From the NCBI GenBank assembly GCA_030612005.1, contig JAUWOU010000002.1, positions 915 to 64,914 on the forward strand: 64,000 nt of DNA, written 5' to 3'. The notes under the pieces are model-generated. The model made no database searches. It had not been told where the DNA came from and was given only the letters and a program-made list of their open reading frames with translations. This stretch comes from Candidatus Thorarchaeota archaeon (GTDB taxonomy: Archaea; Asgardarchaeota; Thorarchaeia; Thorarchaeales; Thorarchaeaceae). Made by a program: the position numbers and the translations under genes. Below are positions 8,904-19,037 of the stretch, one piece after another; the first letter of the stretch is position 1; every line of letters starts with the position of its first letter.

Positions 8904-9584
8904 ATGTTAAGAATGCGCTTACGCATTGCCCACCACTCCCCTCTTTTTTTGAGGGTTATGTTTGCAATATCAATGGTCCTTCTTGTTAGCAGTATCACAC
9001 TCTGTTCAGCTCAGGAAGTAAGTGACGATATTCCATGCATAATTCTAGCCAAACCAGGGGAATTGTATGAGTTGGAGTTGTATCAGCTTGGAAATGACAC
9101 TCAGCATACTATCATTATCAGCTTTAACTTTGAGAATGAAAGTGCACACAGGTTAGAAGTGCAAGTTCCATACAATGGTAATTATGACTCAGCATCCGAA
9201 ATATATTGCGTAAATGACGACTCAGGGCTACTATTGTGCACGATAAAGTATGTAGGGATTGAAACTGTACTTCTTGGGGAAGAGCGAGCCAAGCTTGAGG
9301 TAGACAGTTCAGACTACCAAGCACGCTTAGTTGGTGTGCATTTGTCCGAGTCTTCGTCTTCAAGAGATATAGCGATTCCAAAGTCCTTTGGGATCATTCT
9401 TGCTCTGTGCAGTCTATTGCCATTCTTCCTACTGGCCCCTGATGCAATAACAGACTTGCAGGCACAACTGGAAGTAGAAGCAGCATCGAAAGGAGTGTAT
9501 GGACGGATTCTTGCTCTGCTACTCCCACTTCTAACAATCGGTTTGACTTTTTGGCTTTTGGAGAGTTTGAAAATATTCGGGTGA
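8904..9584 (+). CDS. Secreted protein with a signal peptide and a C-terminal hydrophobic region
   Basis: N-terminus MLRMRLRIAHHSPLFLRVMFAISMVLLVSSITLCSAQE. C-terminus ILALCSLLPFFLLAP...ILALLLPLLTIGLTFWLL. Confidence 0.45.
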   Translation: MLRMRLRIAHHSPLFLRVMFAISMVLLVSSITLCSAQEVSDDIPCIILAKPGELYELELYQLGNDTQHTIIISFNFENESAHRLEVQVPYNGNYDSASEIYCVNDDSGLLLCTIKYVGIETVLLGEERAKLEVDSSDYQARLVGVHLSESSSSRDIAIPKSFGIILALCSLLPFFLLAPDAITDLQAQLEVEAASKGVYGRILALLLPLLTIGLTFWLLESLKIFG

Positions 9585-10414
9585 TGAACATGACAGCAAC
9601 TACACACAAGGGATTGAAACAACGTATAGCGCATTATTATGCGAAAAAAGACGCAGAAGCGGATAAAGGATCAGAAGCGGATAAAGAACGGAAAAGGGAA
9701 CTGAAGAGGAACTGGGATCAGTCAGGAGGTTCCTTGAAAGGTTGGATGAACAAATTCACTGGAGGTCTTGATCTTCCATTCAAATCTATAGCCATCTTTG
9801 CAGGTAGTTGGATGCTTTTGGAGATTGGTTGGCCTCTCTTGATAATATTTGGAGTGGCAACCGCTGGAAACGTGTGGAGTATTGCAACCGTAATTCCATG
9901 TCTATTCATTGCAGTATATGTCAATATCATGGTTAGTGGAATGAACATGATTCGCAGCATAATCACACAATTGGGGGATCGGCGGGACAATCTGGTGAAG
10001 GCATTATTTCGAGGATACTTTTGGAGCCTCTTGTCAATTGGGCTCATTCTGATAGTCCATGAATATTTCCATACCACTATGCCAATGCTGTTCTTTATAC
10101 CCATCTTTTATCTCATACCACTCCAAGTTCTTGGAACCACAGTCCCGTTTCCTCTATTACTTGGAATAAGTGGATTGTACATGGATCTCGCCGTTACAAT
10201 CATTGTGTATGCCATTGGGATAACTGGCAGTGCCATTGGTGGCATTGAGATTCTGCGTACCCTGCTGGACAATTCTCGACAACGTGGTACATATGGTGCG
10301 ATTTTCGGTGTGTTACTTCTAGCTGTGTTCCCAGTGGTGAACATCTACTTCTCACTGGTATTTCTAACGACTACTATGGATCTTTTTGGGAGGTGTGTGT
10401 CCTTTGGCGCTTGA
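9551..10414 (+). CDS. Polytopic membrane protein with about 6-7 TM helices
   Basis: Multiple hydrophobic helices throughout. Overlaps the upstream gene by 34 nt and the downstream ATPase gene by 29 nt, indicating translational coupling. Size and topology are comparable to CedA. Confidence 0.5.
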   Translation: MAFGEFENIRVMNMTATTHKGLKQRIAHYYAKKDAEADKGSEADKERKRELKRNWDQSGGSLKGWMNKFTGGLDLPFKSIAIFAGSWMLLEIGWPLLIIFGVATAGNVWSIATVIPCLFIAVYVNIMVSGMNMIRSIITQLGDRRDNLVKALFRGYFWSLLSIGLILIVHEYFHTTMPMLFFIPIFYLIPLQVLGTTVPFPLLLGISGLYMDLAVTIIVYAIGITGSAIGGIEILRTLLDNSRQRGTYGAIFGVLLLAVFPVVNIYFSLVFLTTTMDLFGRCVSFGA

Positions 10415-13187
10415 TCCGATTGCCCTGCTGAGCTTGATAGTTCCTCTCTTAGTCGTCTTTGGATTCAGTATATTGGCCATGACTATGATCCATCTTGGAT
10501 TATCCGCAAGTGGTAATCGTTTCGCTATGGAGATTACCTGCTTCTTGGGTATGGCAGTGTTCTATGGAACTGAGATAGTCCTAGGCATAACTTCGCTAGA
10601 ACTGACTCTATCGATGCTACTACTGATTACTCCGGTTATGGTTATCGAGGCTTTCAGGCCTTCAAACGAACGTAAGGGCAACAAGCCTCAACTAGTTAAG
10701 ATTGAAGGTGGAACAGACAGGCTTGCTAAAGAAGTCCTATGCTTCGCACATGGTGATGGATATGTAGGCCTTGCAGCAATCCGGATCAAAGGCATTCCGT
10801 TACAGAATGAACGACGGAACAATAAGCATGAGGAGAATGAGGATTTCAAATGGCTATACCCATTTTGGGAAGACAGCAAGAAATCCAATGGCGTATTCAC
10901 TCTGGAAGCAAAGTTTGAGAAGGGGCTTGCTGACCTCCGTTTCTTCACGATCAGTCACGACAAGGACTTCAAACAAGCAGTGGAAAAGACAGACAGATCA
11001 AGACAGATTGCAGAAACTTGGCTCACACGTATTGAGTACGACTATGAGGTTGTATCTTCTGATGAACTATGGAATGTATATCGTGAACTGGACTATGGCT
11101 CATTGCGCGCGACTTCTATGCCGGATGTGGTACAATCAGAGGATGATGGGTATCTTAGTGGACTCTCTATTGAACATCTACCAGATAGTCTATCGAGTAA
11201 CTGGGGCGAAGTGCTTCAGCAGTTCCTAAGAAGCCGTCTTTCTGGACATGCTCTTCTCTCCTTTTCCTCAGGACCTGTTCCCAAGTTGCATGAACGGGCA
11301 GGTGAGAGCAGAGAGGACTCAAAAGTACAAACGAGAACTCCTTTCCGTGTTGAAGACCACAAACTTCGAAAAACGTACAAACAGATGGCAGAGGTTGCAG
11401 CATGTGAGGAAACAGGCGCATTTCGGGTAGGGACAGCAGTCTTGCTCCGTGGTGGAACAGCTGAAGATGTTGAGTATGCTGTGAAGCAAACAGAAGCTGT
11501 TATTCAGGGAGTATGGGGCGGAGTGAAAACTACTAACCTATCAGGTGGTCGTTTACGACATAATTGGACCAAATTCCTACTGCGTAATTACATTGGCAAA
11601 TCTACTTCTGTAAGTGGCGCACGACTGACCGGATTATTACAGATCTACGAAGCCATGCCTGGTGTTCCAAATCATATAGTACCACCTGCTTTTGCGATTC
11701 CTATTCGTCATACTTCAATTGATTCGGTCACTTTCGGTCAAATCCTTGAAAGAGGTAAGACGACTGCTCAAGAGTATAGTATTCCCATTAATTCATTCTG
11801 TCTTCATACGGGAATTTATGGCAACCCTGGAAGCGGTAAGACCAATACAGGATTGGAACTCACCCATCAGGTTTACCAACATGGAATTCCATTTCTTGCT
11901 ATCGTTCCAGCCAAAACTGAGTGGAGAATGCTATCAGCATACATTCCAGAGCTACGGATCTTTACTGCTGGTGATGATTCTACTTCACCATTCCGATACA
12001 ATTTCTTCGATGTTCCACCGGGAGTTCCTATTCAGACACACATCAACAACATTACACTATGTTTCATAGCAAATTGGCCAACAGAGGGAATTCTCACTGA
12101 ACATATCACGAAGATATTCAGACGAACCTATACCAATGCAGGCTGGAACTTGCTCACGAACGAGCGAGGCAGTCCCATTCTACTGAATGACTTGTACTCC
12201 GCAATGGAAGAGGTCGCAAACGAACTAAGGTATGGGGCTCGCTTGAAACAAGACTTTGTGGGAGCCCTTACTGCAAGGTTTGAGTCCCTTTTGGATGATC
12301 CTGTATTGTCTGTCATGCTAAACACTAGACATGGGATAACAATACCCGAATTGTTGAGTAATCCGACAATTCTAGAGCTTCGTCATCTTCCTGATACTCA
12401 AAGAGCACTAATAACGAGCCTGATCATGGTGGCAGTGACGGAGTATCTTGAAGCTCAGGAGCCTTCTATCAATCAAGAGTTACGTCATTTACTAGTCTTG
12501 GAGGAAGCTCACCACGTTCTGAAACGTGTTGGGAATGGATACGGCATAAATGAGGGTCATTCATCCCAGCAGCAGGCAATCAACACCATCGTTCAACTCC
12601 TTCGTGAGGCACGCGGTCTCGGCTTGGGTGTGGTACTGATCGACCAGTTACCGGGAAGTCTGGCTGATGCTGCAGTAAAGCTTCCAGGTATCACGATGAT
12701 CCACTCACTCAAGGATGCACGAGAGAGACTTCTGGTGGGGGGTCAGGCAAACTTGAATGATGCGCAACTCCTGCACATAGGCTCTCTGAAATGTGGAGAA
12801 GTAGTCATCCATCAAGCCTTTGAAGGCCCAGCGGTACTTGCTCAAGTGTTTCAATTCCGTAGAAAACACGCAGCCGAACCTTGGACTGACAGACGAGTAG
12901 CAGACATGATGACGCCTTTCTTCATTGCAAACCCACATCTCCGAAGTCAGAACCTTCCCATGATACGACGGTGGGAAGCTGATCCCGTAGTACTTGACAA
13001 TCTCAAATTTCTGACAGTATCGCTAGATTTCAGAAAGGCATACATAGAATGTCTTGTCCAAGGGCAGGAATATGCAGACGCATACGTCTTGGGGTTAGTA
13101 CAGGAACTCGTTCCCAACTTCACAGAAGCCGCCCACTACTGCAATTGTCTAGTTGACCATCTTGGGGAGGTTGAGAGCAGTGGATGA
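10386..13187 (+). CDS. Membrane-anchored HerA/FtsK/VirB4-superfamily P-loop ATPase (CedB/TedB-like architecture)
   Basis: N-terminal ~90 aa contain 3-4 TM helices. Walker A GIYGNPGSGKTN is encoded at about 11825-11860. Walker B of HerA type (hhhhEEAH) is LLVLEEAHHVL, encoded at about 12490-12520. Confidence 0.7.
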   Translation: MGGVCPLALDPIALLSLIVPLLVVFGFSILAMTMIHLGLSASGNRFAMEITCFLGMAVFYGTEIVLGITSLELTLSMLLLITPVMVIEAFRPSNERKGNKPQLVKIEGGTDRLAKEVLCFAHGDGYVGLAAIRIKGIPLQNERRNNKHEENEDFKWLYPFWEDSKKSNGVFTLEAKFEKGLADLRFFTISHDKDFKQAVEKTDRSRQIAETWLTRIEYDYEVVSSDELWNVYRELDYGSLRATSMPDVVQSEDDGYLSGLSIEHLPDSLSSNWGEVLQQFLRSRLSGHALLSFSSGPVPKLHERAGESREDSKVQTRTPFRVEDHKLRKTYKQMAEVAACEETGAFRVGTAVLLRGGTAEDVEYAVKQTEAVIQGVWGGVKTTNLSGGRLRHNWTKFLLRNYIGKSTSVSGARLTGLLQIYEAMPGVPNHIVPPAFAIPIRHTSIDSVTFGQILERGKTTAQEYSIPINSFCLHTGIYGNPGSGKTNTGLELTHQVYQHGIPFLAIVPAKTEWRMLSAYIPELRIFTAGDDSTSPFRYNFFDVPPGVPIQTHINNITLCFIANWPTEGILTEHITKIFRRTYTNAGWNLLTNERGSPILLNDLYSAMEEVANELRYGARLKQDFVGALTARFESLLDDPVLSVMLNTRHGITIPELLSNPTILELRHLPDTQRALITSLIMVAVTEYLEAQEPSINQELRHLLVLEEAHHVLKRVGNGYGINEGHSSQQQAINTIVQLLREARGLGLGVVLIDQLPGSLADAAVKLPGITMIHSLKDARERLLVGGQANLNDAQLLHIGSLKCGEVVIHQAFEGPAVLAQVFQFRRKHAAEPWTDRRVADMMTPFFIANPHLRSQNLPMIRRWEADPVVLDNLKFLTVSLDFRKAYIECLVQGQEYADAYVLGLVQELVPNFTEAAHYCNCLVDHLGEVESSG

Positions 13188-15321
13188 AGGTTCTGACTTC
13201 GCCTCTTCTCCATTGGTTTCTTATTGGTCTGAAACACGGTTAGATATCATTCTTTGGAAGAATGAGAGTGAGTCATATCGCGGTTTCTTAAAGTACAGCA
13301 ATCCCACGGTTTCAGCGGAACTTGAGAATGGAACAACCGTCGTTCCTGATACGAAAGAAGACCTATGCGTAACTATTGAGTATGAAGTCATATTGAAAGA
13401 AACAGGGATAAGTGAACAAAGACCCCTGAAAAGACCAGTCAAGATACTCCTTAACCCAATTGTCACTCAACGTTACAGGTATTTTCCAAACCTTGATGGT
13501 AGAGGGGAATTTATCTTTCCGCCATCAACCAATAGATTCTACTCAAGACTTTTTGTTCTGGATCTTGAAAAATACTATGATGACGACGGTAGTATAGGTG
13601 CTCGTTGTTCCCTTCATCAGTGTCCAAATCAGAAGGATAGACTATGGCTCACAATATCAAACTCAGAAACCGGAGAGATCTACGAAGCCTTCCTCATCCA
13701 CCACTATGAAGGTAACATCTTTTTGATGCCCAATGATGCCCAGTTAGATTTTGCCCTTGCAAAGAGGTATGCAGATGGTGTTCGCAAATCGGACCTGTTC
13801 GATGTTGAAGGGCTCCTGAAAGGGCCACCGCCATCAATGGCCCAGCTAGCGATGTTGGTGCAGGATGTCAATGTACCGAACCTTATGATACATGATACCC
13901 TTGAGAGAACAATCTCACAACTAGTACCTCAGGTGTTTCCTGAAAACATAAGACAAAGCCTTTGCGTTTTCCTTGGCCTCCTTGCTCTTGATAAGATTGA
14001 ACAACGCAAGGACCCTGATGATCTTTCGGTCGAGTTCGCCCCTTGGAGAATGGTCAGTTCTCTCTACAATAGTCACTTACTTTACACTATTCTAAAAATC
14101 GAATCACCTTCATACGTTCGACTCATGCATCTAGCTGCACGAAGGGAGATGCAAGGAATCGGTAGAACTGTTAGGGAAGATATTGGTAAGAGTGAGTGGC
14201 TCATGTTCTGGCATCTACTTCACGATGGAGTGAAGAATTTCCGTGATGAGATACCTATTCTTCTGGATATCGTAGAAAGATCGAATCAGTTGGGTACGAT
14301 TACAGGCAAAATCATACCCTCCAAGTCTACGGGGCAACGTTCACGTAAGGCTTGGGTGACACGGTTAGTATGTAACTCTTCAGTTACTAGCCCCTCACTG
14401 ATTTGTACTCCCAATCTAAAGGCTCTTGGACTTGATCAGATTCTCTATCTGGGGTCCGCCTATTGCTGGCCTCACAGGCACATGTCATATATCACAAGTT
14501 TAGGAAGATGGCAGGTTAATAATCCACCACATCTACAACACATGATCCTCCCCTCGAAGGCTTCCGAACGAATCAGACGTCTGATTCCGTCAGTGTTGAA
14601 TGTTACTTGGAGTAGTAGGACTTTCAATCCTGACCTGTATACTAATCAGTGGAATGTGCGACCAGATGATATCTTGAGTTCCTTAGGTCGGACTAGACCA
14701 CTAACCACTCTGAGAAAGAAGTACTATACTCCTTCCCTCTGTGATGTTGATTATATTACTCCAACTGAAGCCTTGGTCATGGATATCATTACACGCTCAT
14801 TTCACATGATGTATTTCAAAGAACGACCATATTTGTTCGAGAAAATGTTCGGGATTGAGAAGCAACTTTTCATTCGTACTGCGCGTTCGTTGGCCAAGAG
14901 AGGGGTTCTGGAGCCACAATATATCCTAATCCCACTACTTCCTACACTGGCTACCATTGCCTGTGGAGAACCAAAGAATATCGTTTCTCTTGCTGATGCA
15001 TTTCTGTCGGGATCTCCTACATGCACAGCCTACATCTGTAACGAGGGAAACGATGCAGTCTTTCTCTCTCGAATACCACCCTCAGACCTAGGAGAACTTG
15101 CTAGGTCGCTCCCACAAGCAGGACAAGAACATGGGACTACCATTCGCTGTTTTAGACCTCACACCCTTAGAAGTTACAATCATTCGCTATACCAGAGATT
15201 ACTACGAGAGGATGGCACATGGGATGATGATGTGCGTGGATTCCTCTCTCAGGCACGAGGGAAGAGAGTTGAGATTGCAAATGTAATTGATAGCATGAAA
15301 ATTAAGAGTTGTATAACATGA
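13153..15321 (+). CDS. Large hypothetical protein (722 aa), translationally coupled to the ATPase
   Basis: Start overlaps the ATPase stop by 35 nt. No recognisable motifs by eye. Confidence 0.5.
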   Translation: MTILGRLRAVDEGSDFASSPLVSYWSETRLDIILWKNESESYRGFLKYSNPTVSAELENGTTVVPDTKEDLCVTIEYEVILKETGISEQRPLKRPVKILLNPIVTQRYRYFPNLDGRGEFIFPPSTNRFYSRLFVLDLEKYYDDDGSIGARCSLHQCPNQKDRLWLTISNSETGEIYEAFLIHHYEGNIFLMPNDAQLDFALAKRYADGVRKSDLFDVEGLLKGPPPSMAQLAMLVQDVNVPNLMIHDTLERTISQLVPQVFPENIRQSLCVFLGLLALDKIEQRKDPDDLSVEFAPWRMVSSLYNSHLLYTILKIESPSYVRLMHLAARREMQGIGRTVREDIGKSEWLMFWHLLHDGVKNFRDEIPILLDIVERSNQLGTITGKIIPSKSTGQRSRKAWVTRLVCNSSVTSPSLICTPNLKALGLDQILYLGSAYCWPHRHMSYITSLGRWQVNNPPHLQHMILPSKASERIRRLIPSVLNVTWSSRTFNPDLYTNQWNVRPDDILSSLGRTRPLTTLRKKYYTPSLCDVDYITPTEALVMDIITRSFHMMYFKERPYLFEKMFGIEKQLFIRTARSLAKRGVLEPQYILIPLLPTLATIACGEPKNIVSLADAFLSGSPTCTAYICNEGNDAVFLSRIPPSDLGELARSLPQAGQEHGTTIRCFRPHTLRSYNHSLYQRLLREDGTWDDDVRGFLSQARGKRVEIANVIDSMKIKSCIT

Positions 15322-16733
15322 GAGATATCGAAGAACTTTCAGATGATGAATCTCACATTGAAGATAGAGGAACAAAGGTCAAAGACTTCGAGAATCGTTC
15401 TCTGACTACTGAGGAACGTGATAAGATCATTCGCGAGTACAATGCTGAACATTCCATACATCGAATAATTCCTGATGCGGTCGATACACTAGACCAATCT
15501 GATAGGATTGTAACCGATTCAGAAAATCTTAATGATACTGATGAAGATACCGACTCTAGTTCTGAAAAAAAGAAGATAGATTCTGAAGAGGTTTGCAGAT
15601 TGTACATTGAGGATGGGCTGAGTCTAAAAGAAGTAGGAAAAATTTTCGGCTTCAAAACTGGTGCACCAATAAAACGAATATTAGAGGCTGAGGGGCTAGA
15701 ATTGCGATCAGCTGGAGCTCAAAAAACTGATATTAACTCTGAAGAGGTTTGCAGACTATATCTTGAGGAAGAACTGAGTCTGGATAAGATAGGAGAACAT
15801 TTTGGTCTTAAATCCCGTAGCCCTGTCAAACGAATCCTAGAAACTGCGGGAGTGGAAATACGCCCAGTCGGTTTTCAGAAGATAGATATTGACCATGATG
15901 AGGTCTATAGATTGTACTTTGAGGAGCGCAAGGATCTCAAAGAGATTGCTGACCACTTCGATTGCAAATCCACAGACCCCATCCATCGTATTTTTGATGA
16001 GCAGGGTTGGAAGACAAGGTATCAGGAAACCTATGAGAAGGATTTCGAACCTGAAGAGGTCTTTAGATTATACAATGAAGATGGATTGTCTTTGAGAAAG
16101 ATTGGGGAACATTTTGGGGTTTCAATTGGTCCTATCCGTAGAATCTTCGAAGAACATAACATGGAGTATGGTCAGGAGATTCAGATTGATCCAGAAGTTA
16201 TCCATAAGCTGTACTTTGATGAAGGATTGTCAAAAGAAGAAGTATGTGAGCGTCTTGGTGTTTCAAAGAGACCAATTAATCGTATAATTGAAGAGCAAGA
16301 TCTATTGAGGAACAGGAGTGGGTTGATTGACATTGATGATTTTTCTAGATTATACTATGTAGAAGAATTGACAATGACAGAAATATCCAAACATTTTGAA
16401 GTTTCACAAAATACTCTCAAGCGATTCCTCAAAAAGCACAAGTTGGAAGAAAGAACTACTAGAACTGTAAGAGAGATACGCGATGAGATGTTTGGTAAAG
16501 ATTGTGTATCCTGTCGAAGACCAAAAGAGGTTATTCATAAAAAGGATGGAGAGCCGCATGAGCGTTATAGAACTTGGACTAAGAAGGCATTACGAACAGT
16601 GAATCCAAACGAATGGGTGGCATTATGTGAACCCTGTCACAGGTTAACCCATTCTCTTATGAAATCATTTAGTTGTGAATGGGATGACATTGAAAAAATA
16701 CTAACAGAACTCGCAAAAGAATGGTTATCCTAG
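15309..16733 (+). CDS. Protein with six tandem HTH repeats (sigma-70 region-4-like) and a C-terminal HNH endonuclease motif
   Basis: Repeats of about 50 aa such as EEVCRLYIEDGLSLKEVGKIFGFKTGAPIKRILEAEGLELR. C-terminal CVSCRRPKEVIHKKDGEPHERYRTWTKKALRTVNPNEWVALCEPCHRLTH has HNH-like C-x2-C...H...N...C-x2-C-H spacing. Overlaps the upstream gene by 13 nt. Confidence 0.65.
   Translation: MYNMRDIEELSDDESHIEDRGTKVKDFENRSLTTEERDKIIREYNAEHSIHRIIPDAVDTLDQSDRIVTDSENLNDTDEDTDSSSEKKKIDSEEVCRLYIEDGLSLKEVGKIFGFKTGAPIKRILEAEGLELRSAGAQKTDINSEEVCRLYLEEELSLDKIGEHFGLKSRSPVKRILETAGVEIRPVGFQKIDIDHDEVYRLYFEERKDLKEIADHFDCKSTDPIHRIFDEQGWKTRYQETYEKDFEPEEVFRLYNEDGLSLRKIGEHFGVSIGPIRRIFEEHNMEYGQEIQIDPEVIHKLYFDEGLSKEEVCERLGVSKRPINRIIEEQDLLRNRSGLIDIDDFSRLYYVEELTMTEISKHFEVSQNTLKRFLKKHKLEERTTRTVREIRDEMFGKDCVSCRRPKEVIHKKDGEPHERYRTWTKKALRTVNPNEWVALCEPCHRLTHSLMKSFSCEWDDIEKILTELAKEWLS
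15585..16440 (+). repeat. In-frame tandem repeat array of about 150-156 bp units within the CDS, encoding the HTH repeats
   Basis: GAAGAGGTTTGCAGAYTRTA recurs at 15585 and 15741 at nucleotide level. The protein repeats are more diverged further 3'. Confidence 0.6.
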
Positions 16734-16766
16734 CTGTCGTGTCGAAACGGTTTTAAGCACGCTCCT

Positions 16767-17447
16767 GTGGTTCGAACAAGTTACTCGATGTATATAGGAG
16801 ATACCATCTTGGCCACAACAATTGATGATGAAGAAATCGACCTACTCATAGAGATGGATCGCTACCTCGCAGCCGGCTGCCACATCGGCACCCAAGTCAA
16901 AACGCAGGATATGGAGCCCTTTGTATACAGACAACGCCCAATCGGCCTATACGTTCTTGATGTTCGTAAGACTGATGAGAGGGTAAGAGTAGCTGGAAAG
17001 TTCTTGGCTCGATTTGATCCTTCCAAGATTGTAGTGGTATCTGGTCGTGTCTATGGTAAAAGACCAGTTGAAACCTTTTCCTACTATATTGGAGCCAGTG
17101 CTTTTACAGAGAGATTTGTTCCTGGTACCCTAACCAATCCTAATATTGCAGGACCACGAACGTACATTGAACCAGATGTAGTGGTACTTACTGACCCCCG
17201 TACGGACCAGCAGGCGCTTAATGAGGCTGCAAGAATCGGAGTACCAGTAGTTGCATTATGTGATACTGATAACGTAACAACAAATATCGATCTTGTTATT
17301 CCTACGAACAACCGTGGTCGGAAATCACTTGCACTAGTATACTATCTTCTAACTACTCAGGTCTTGAAAGAGAGGGGCGATATGCCTGAAGATGGTGAGC
17401 CCGTATACACGCCAGATGACTTTGAACCACAAGTACAGAGGTTCTGA
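16767..17447 (+). CDS. rps2: 30S ribosomal protein S2 (uS2)
   Basis: [40 protein letters not shown] and [32 protein letters not shown] match conserved uS2 blocks. Confidence 0.85.
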   Translation: MVRTSYSMYIGDTILATTIDDEEIDLLIEMDRYLAAGCHIGTQVKTQDMEPFVYRQRPIGLYVLDVRKTDERVRVAGKFLARFDPSKIVVVSGRVYGKRPVETFSYYIGASAFTERFVPGTLTNPNIAGPRTYIEPDVVVLTDPRTDQQALNEAARIGVPVVALCDTDNVTTNIDLVIPTNNRGRKSLALVYYLLTTQVLKERGDMPEDGEPVYTPDDFEPQVQRF

Positions 17448-17451
17448 TAGT

Positions 17452-17865
17452 TCATCCTTCAATTAGAGTAACGACGCCATTATCGGCGTCAACCTCTATC
17501 TTTTGTCCATTCTGAATTTTTCCAATATCAATCTGATCTACTGCAGGTATCTCTGAAATAATACAACCCACAGCAACAACCGGGTCCATTATTTTATTGA
17601 CAATTGCAAGAGGAGCTTTTTCTGCTTTCTTCAACGCATACAAAACATATGACCCTACTGTAGAACCTTTTCCGCTGGGAAAAACAAGGACTTTTCCTGA
17701 TACAGACTTTCCCTCTAGATGATGTCCCTTTTCTACTATCTCACCAGTTTCAGGATCACAACCACCGTAGAATGATATGTCATCTCCAGTAACTAGAGCT
17801 TCACCAGTTACTTTTCCCTTGAAGATTTTCCTTCCTTGCATTATGATATTGCCTCCTTGATACAC
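17452..17865 (-). CDS. AcnX-type small subunit (DUF126 family), candidate phosphomevalonate dehydratase small subunit
   Basis: About 137 aa with GEALVTGDDISFYGGCDPETGEI. Overlaps the large-subunit gene by 25 nt. Sits in an operon with MVK and a UbiD-like gene. Confidence 0.65.
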   Translation of the reverse strand: MYQGGNIIMQGRKIFKGKVTGEALVTGDDISFYGGCDPETGEIVEKGHHLEGKSVSGKVLVFPSGKGSTVGSYVLYALKKAEKAPLAIVNKIMDPVVAVGCIISEIPAVDQIDIGKIQNGQKIEVDADNGVVTLIEG

Positions 17866-19037
17866 TGTTCGATTGTCCGTATCTCTGTCTTGAATTTGTT
17901 CTTTCCACGCGCATAGAAACAGGCTTTTGCTGAGTCAGTCATTAATCCGGTAAATTTACCTTTCAAAGGTGCCACCGCACAGCATGCGTCCGCGACCAGA
18001 AAGGCACCTGCATTCTCAATTATATCATAGTATCCCATCTTGATTGCTAGATCTTTGGTAGGCTTTGCTGTTGTAATCCAAACAGTTTTTCCATCTGCAA
18101 CTTTCTTTCCATCAAGCATTACCGCTATTTCTGCAATCTCCTTTATACTAGCATGTGGACAACCTACGCTGATGAAATCAATTTTAACCTCTTCATCATC
18201 GAGATCTACCCGAGCTGCGTGTAGGTCATCTTGAGTCACAACTTCAGTCTTATCAGGGATAGGGGTCTTGTTAGGTGTAATTCCCTCCATATGGAAGATT
18301 GCCACACCGCCATAAGTAGCAACTGATGCACAGAATGATTTGAGCTCTTCAGTGCTTGCTTTCTCCACTCCCGTGATGTATGGAATGGTCTTACCAGTTC
18401 TTGTACCAATGACATGTCCAAGAAGTCCAAAATCATCGGTATCCTTCAACTCTGCTTGGACATCATACTTGACCTGAGCTACCCTGTTTTCATCAAGGTG
18501 AAAGCCATACTCTGCAGTTTTTCCGGTAAGTGCGGTTGCCAACGCGCTAGGGCCACCTTCTCTGTTTGTTAATGCACCAATCACAGAGTTTGCAAAACAT
18601 ACAGCAGATGATTCAGCCCACGCAATGTGCTCTCCATAGTGTGGTAAATTACCAATGAGATATGGCGTACAAGTACAGGTTGTAATCACTCCCATTCTCT
18701 CAAAAGCATCAACCACACGCTCTTGGTTCACTGCAAAATCTTCACTTATACCATGTTTCTTCCATTCTAGCATATCCATTCCAGCAGGATTGAGGGTGGT
18801 TAGAACTCGAACCCGTCCATCTTCTGCTATCTCCGAGAGATACTCTAGACCTGCCTCTCCCAGATTGTGATACGAAACACCTGCTATCTGTACGCTAGCC
18901 ACTGGAATCAGTCTTTTTGCACCATAAATCTCACCTAAGGTAGTGATGATTTCCATGGCTTTCTGAGTTGCTTTTCCATGCTTACCTTCAAGCATTTCTT
19001 TCTCTTCTGGGGTTAGAATGAGTCCCATTTCACTCAC
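17841..19037 (-). CDS. AcnX-type large subunit (DUF521 family), candidate phosphomevalonate dehydratase large subunit
   Basis: N-terminus MLEGKHGKATQKAMEIITTLGEIYGAKRLIPVASVQIAG and cysteine-containing blocks, about 400 aa. Gene context is MVK/UbiD-like. Confidence 0.7.
   Translation of the reverse strand: MSEMGLILTPEEKEMLEGKHGKATQKAMEIITTLGEIYGAKRLIPVASVQIAGVSYHNLGEAGLEYLSEIAEDGRVRVLTTLNPAGMDMLEWKKHGISEDFAVNQERVVDAFERMGVITTCTCTPYLIGNLPHYGEHIAWAESSAVCFANSVIGALTNREGGPSALATALTGKTAEYGFHLDENRVAQVKYDVQAELKDTDDFGLLGHVIGTRTGKTIPYITGVEKASTEELKSFCASVATYGGVAIFHMEGITPNKTPIPDKTEVVTQDDLHAARVDLDDEEVKIDFISVGCPHASIKEIAEIAVMLDGKKVADGKTVWITTAKPTKDLAIKMGYYDIIENAGAFLVADACCAVAPLKGKFTGLMTDSAKACFYARGKNKFKTEIRTIEQCIKEAIS

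Noticed and set aside
15585-16440. Tandem ~156-bp nucleotide repeats as a satellite or CRISPR-like array
   Set aside because: The repeats are in-frame and encode HTH protein units inside a long ORF. They diverge progressively, as expected for coding repeats.
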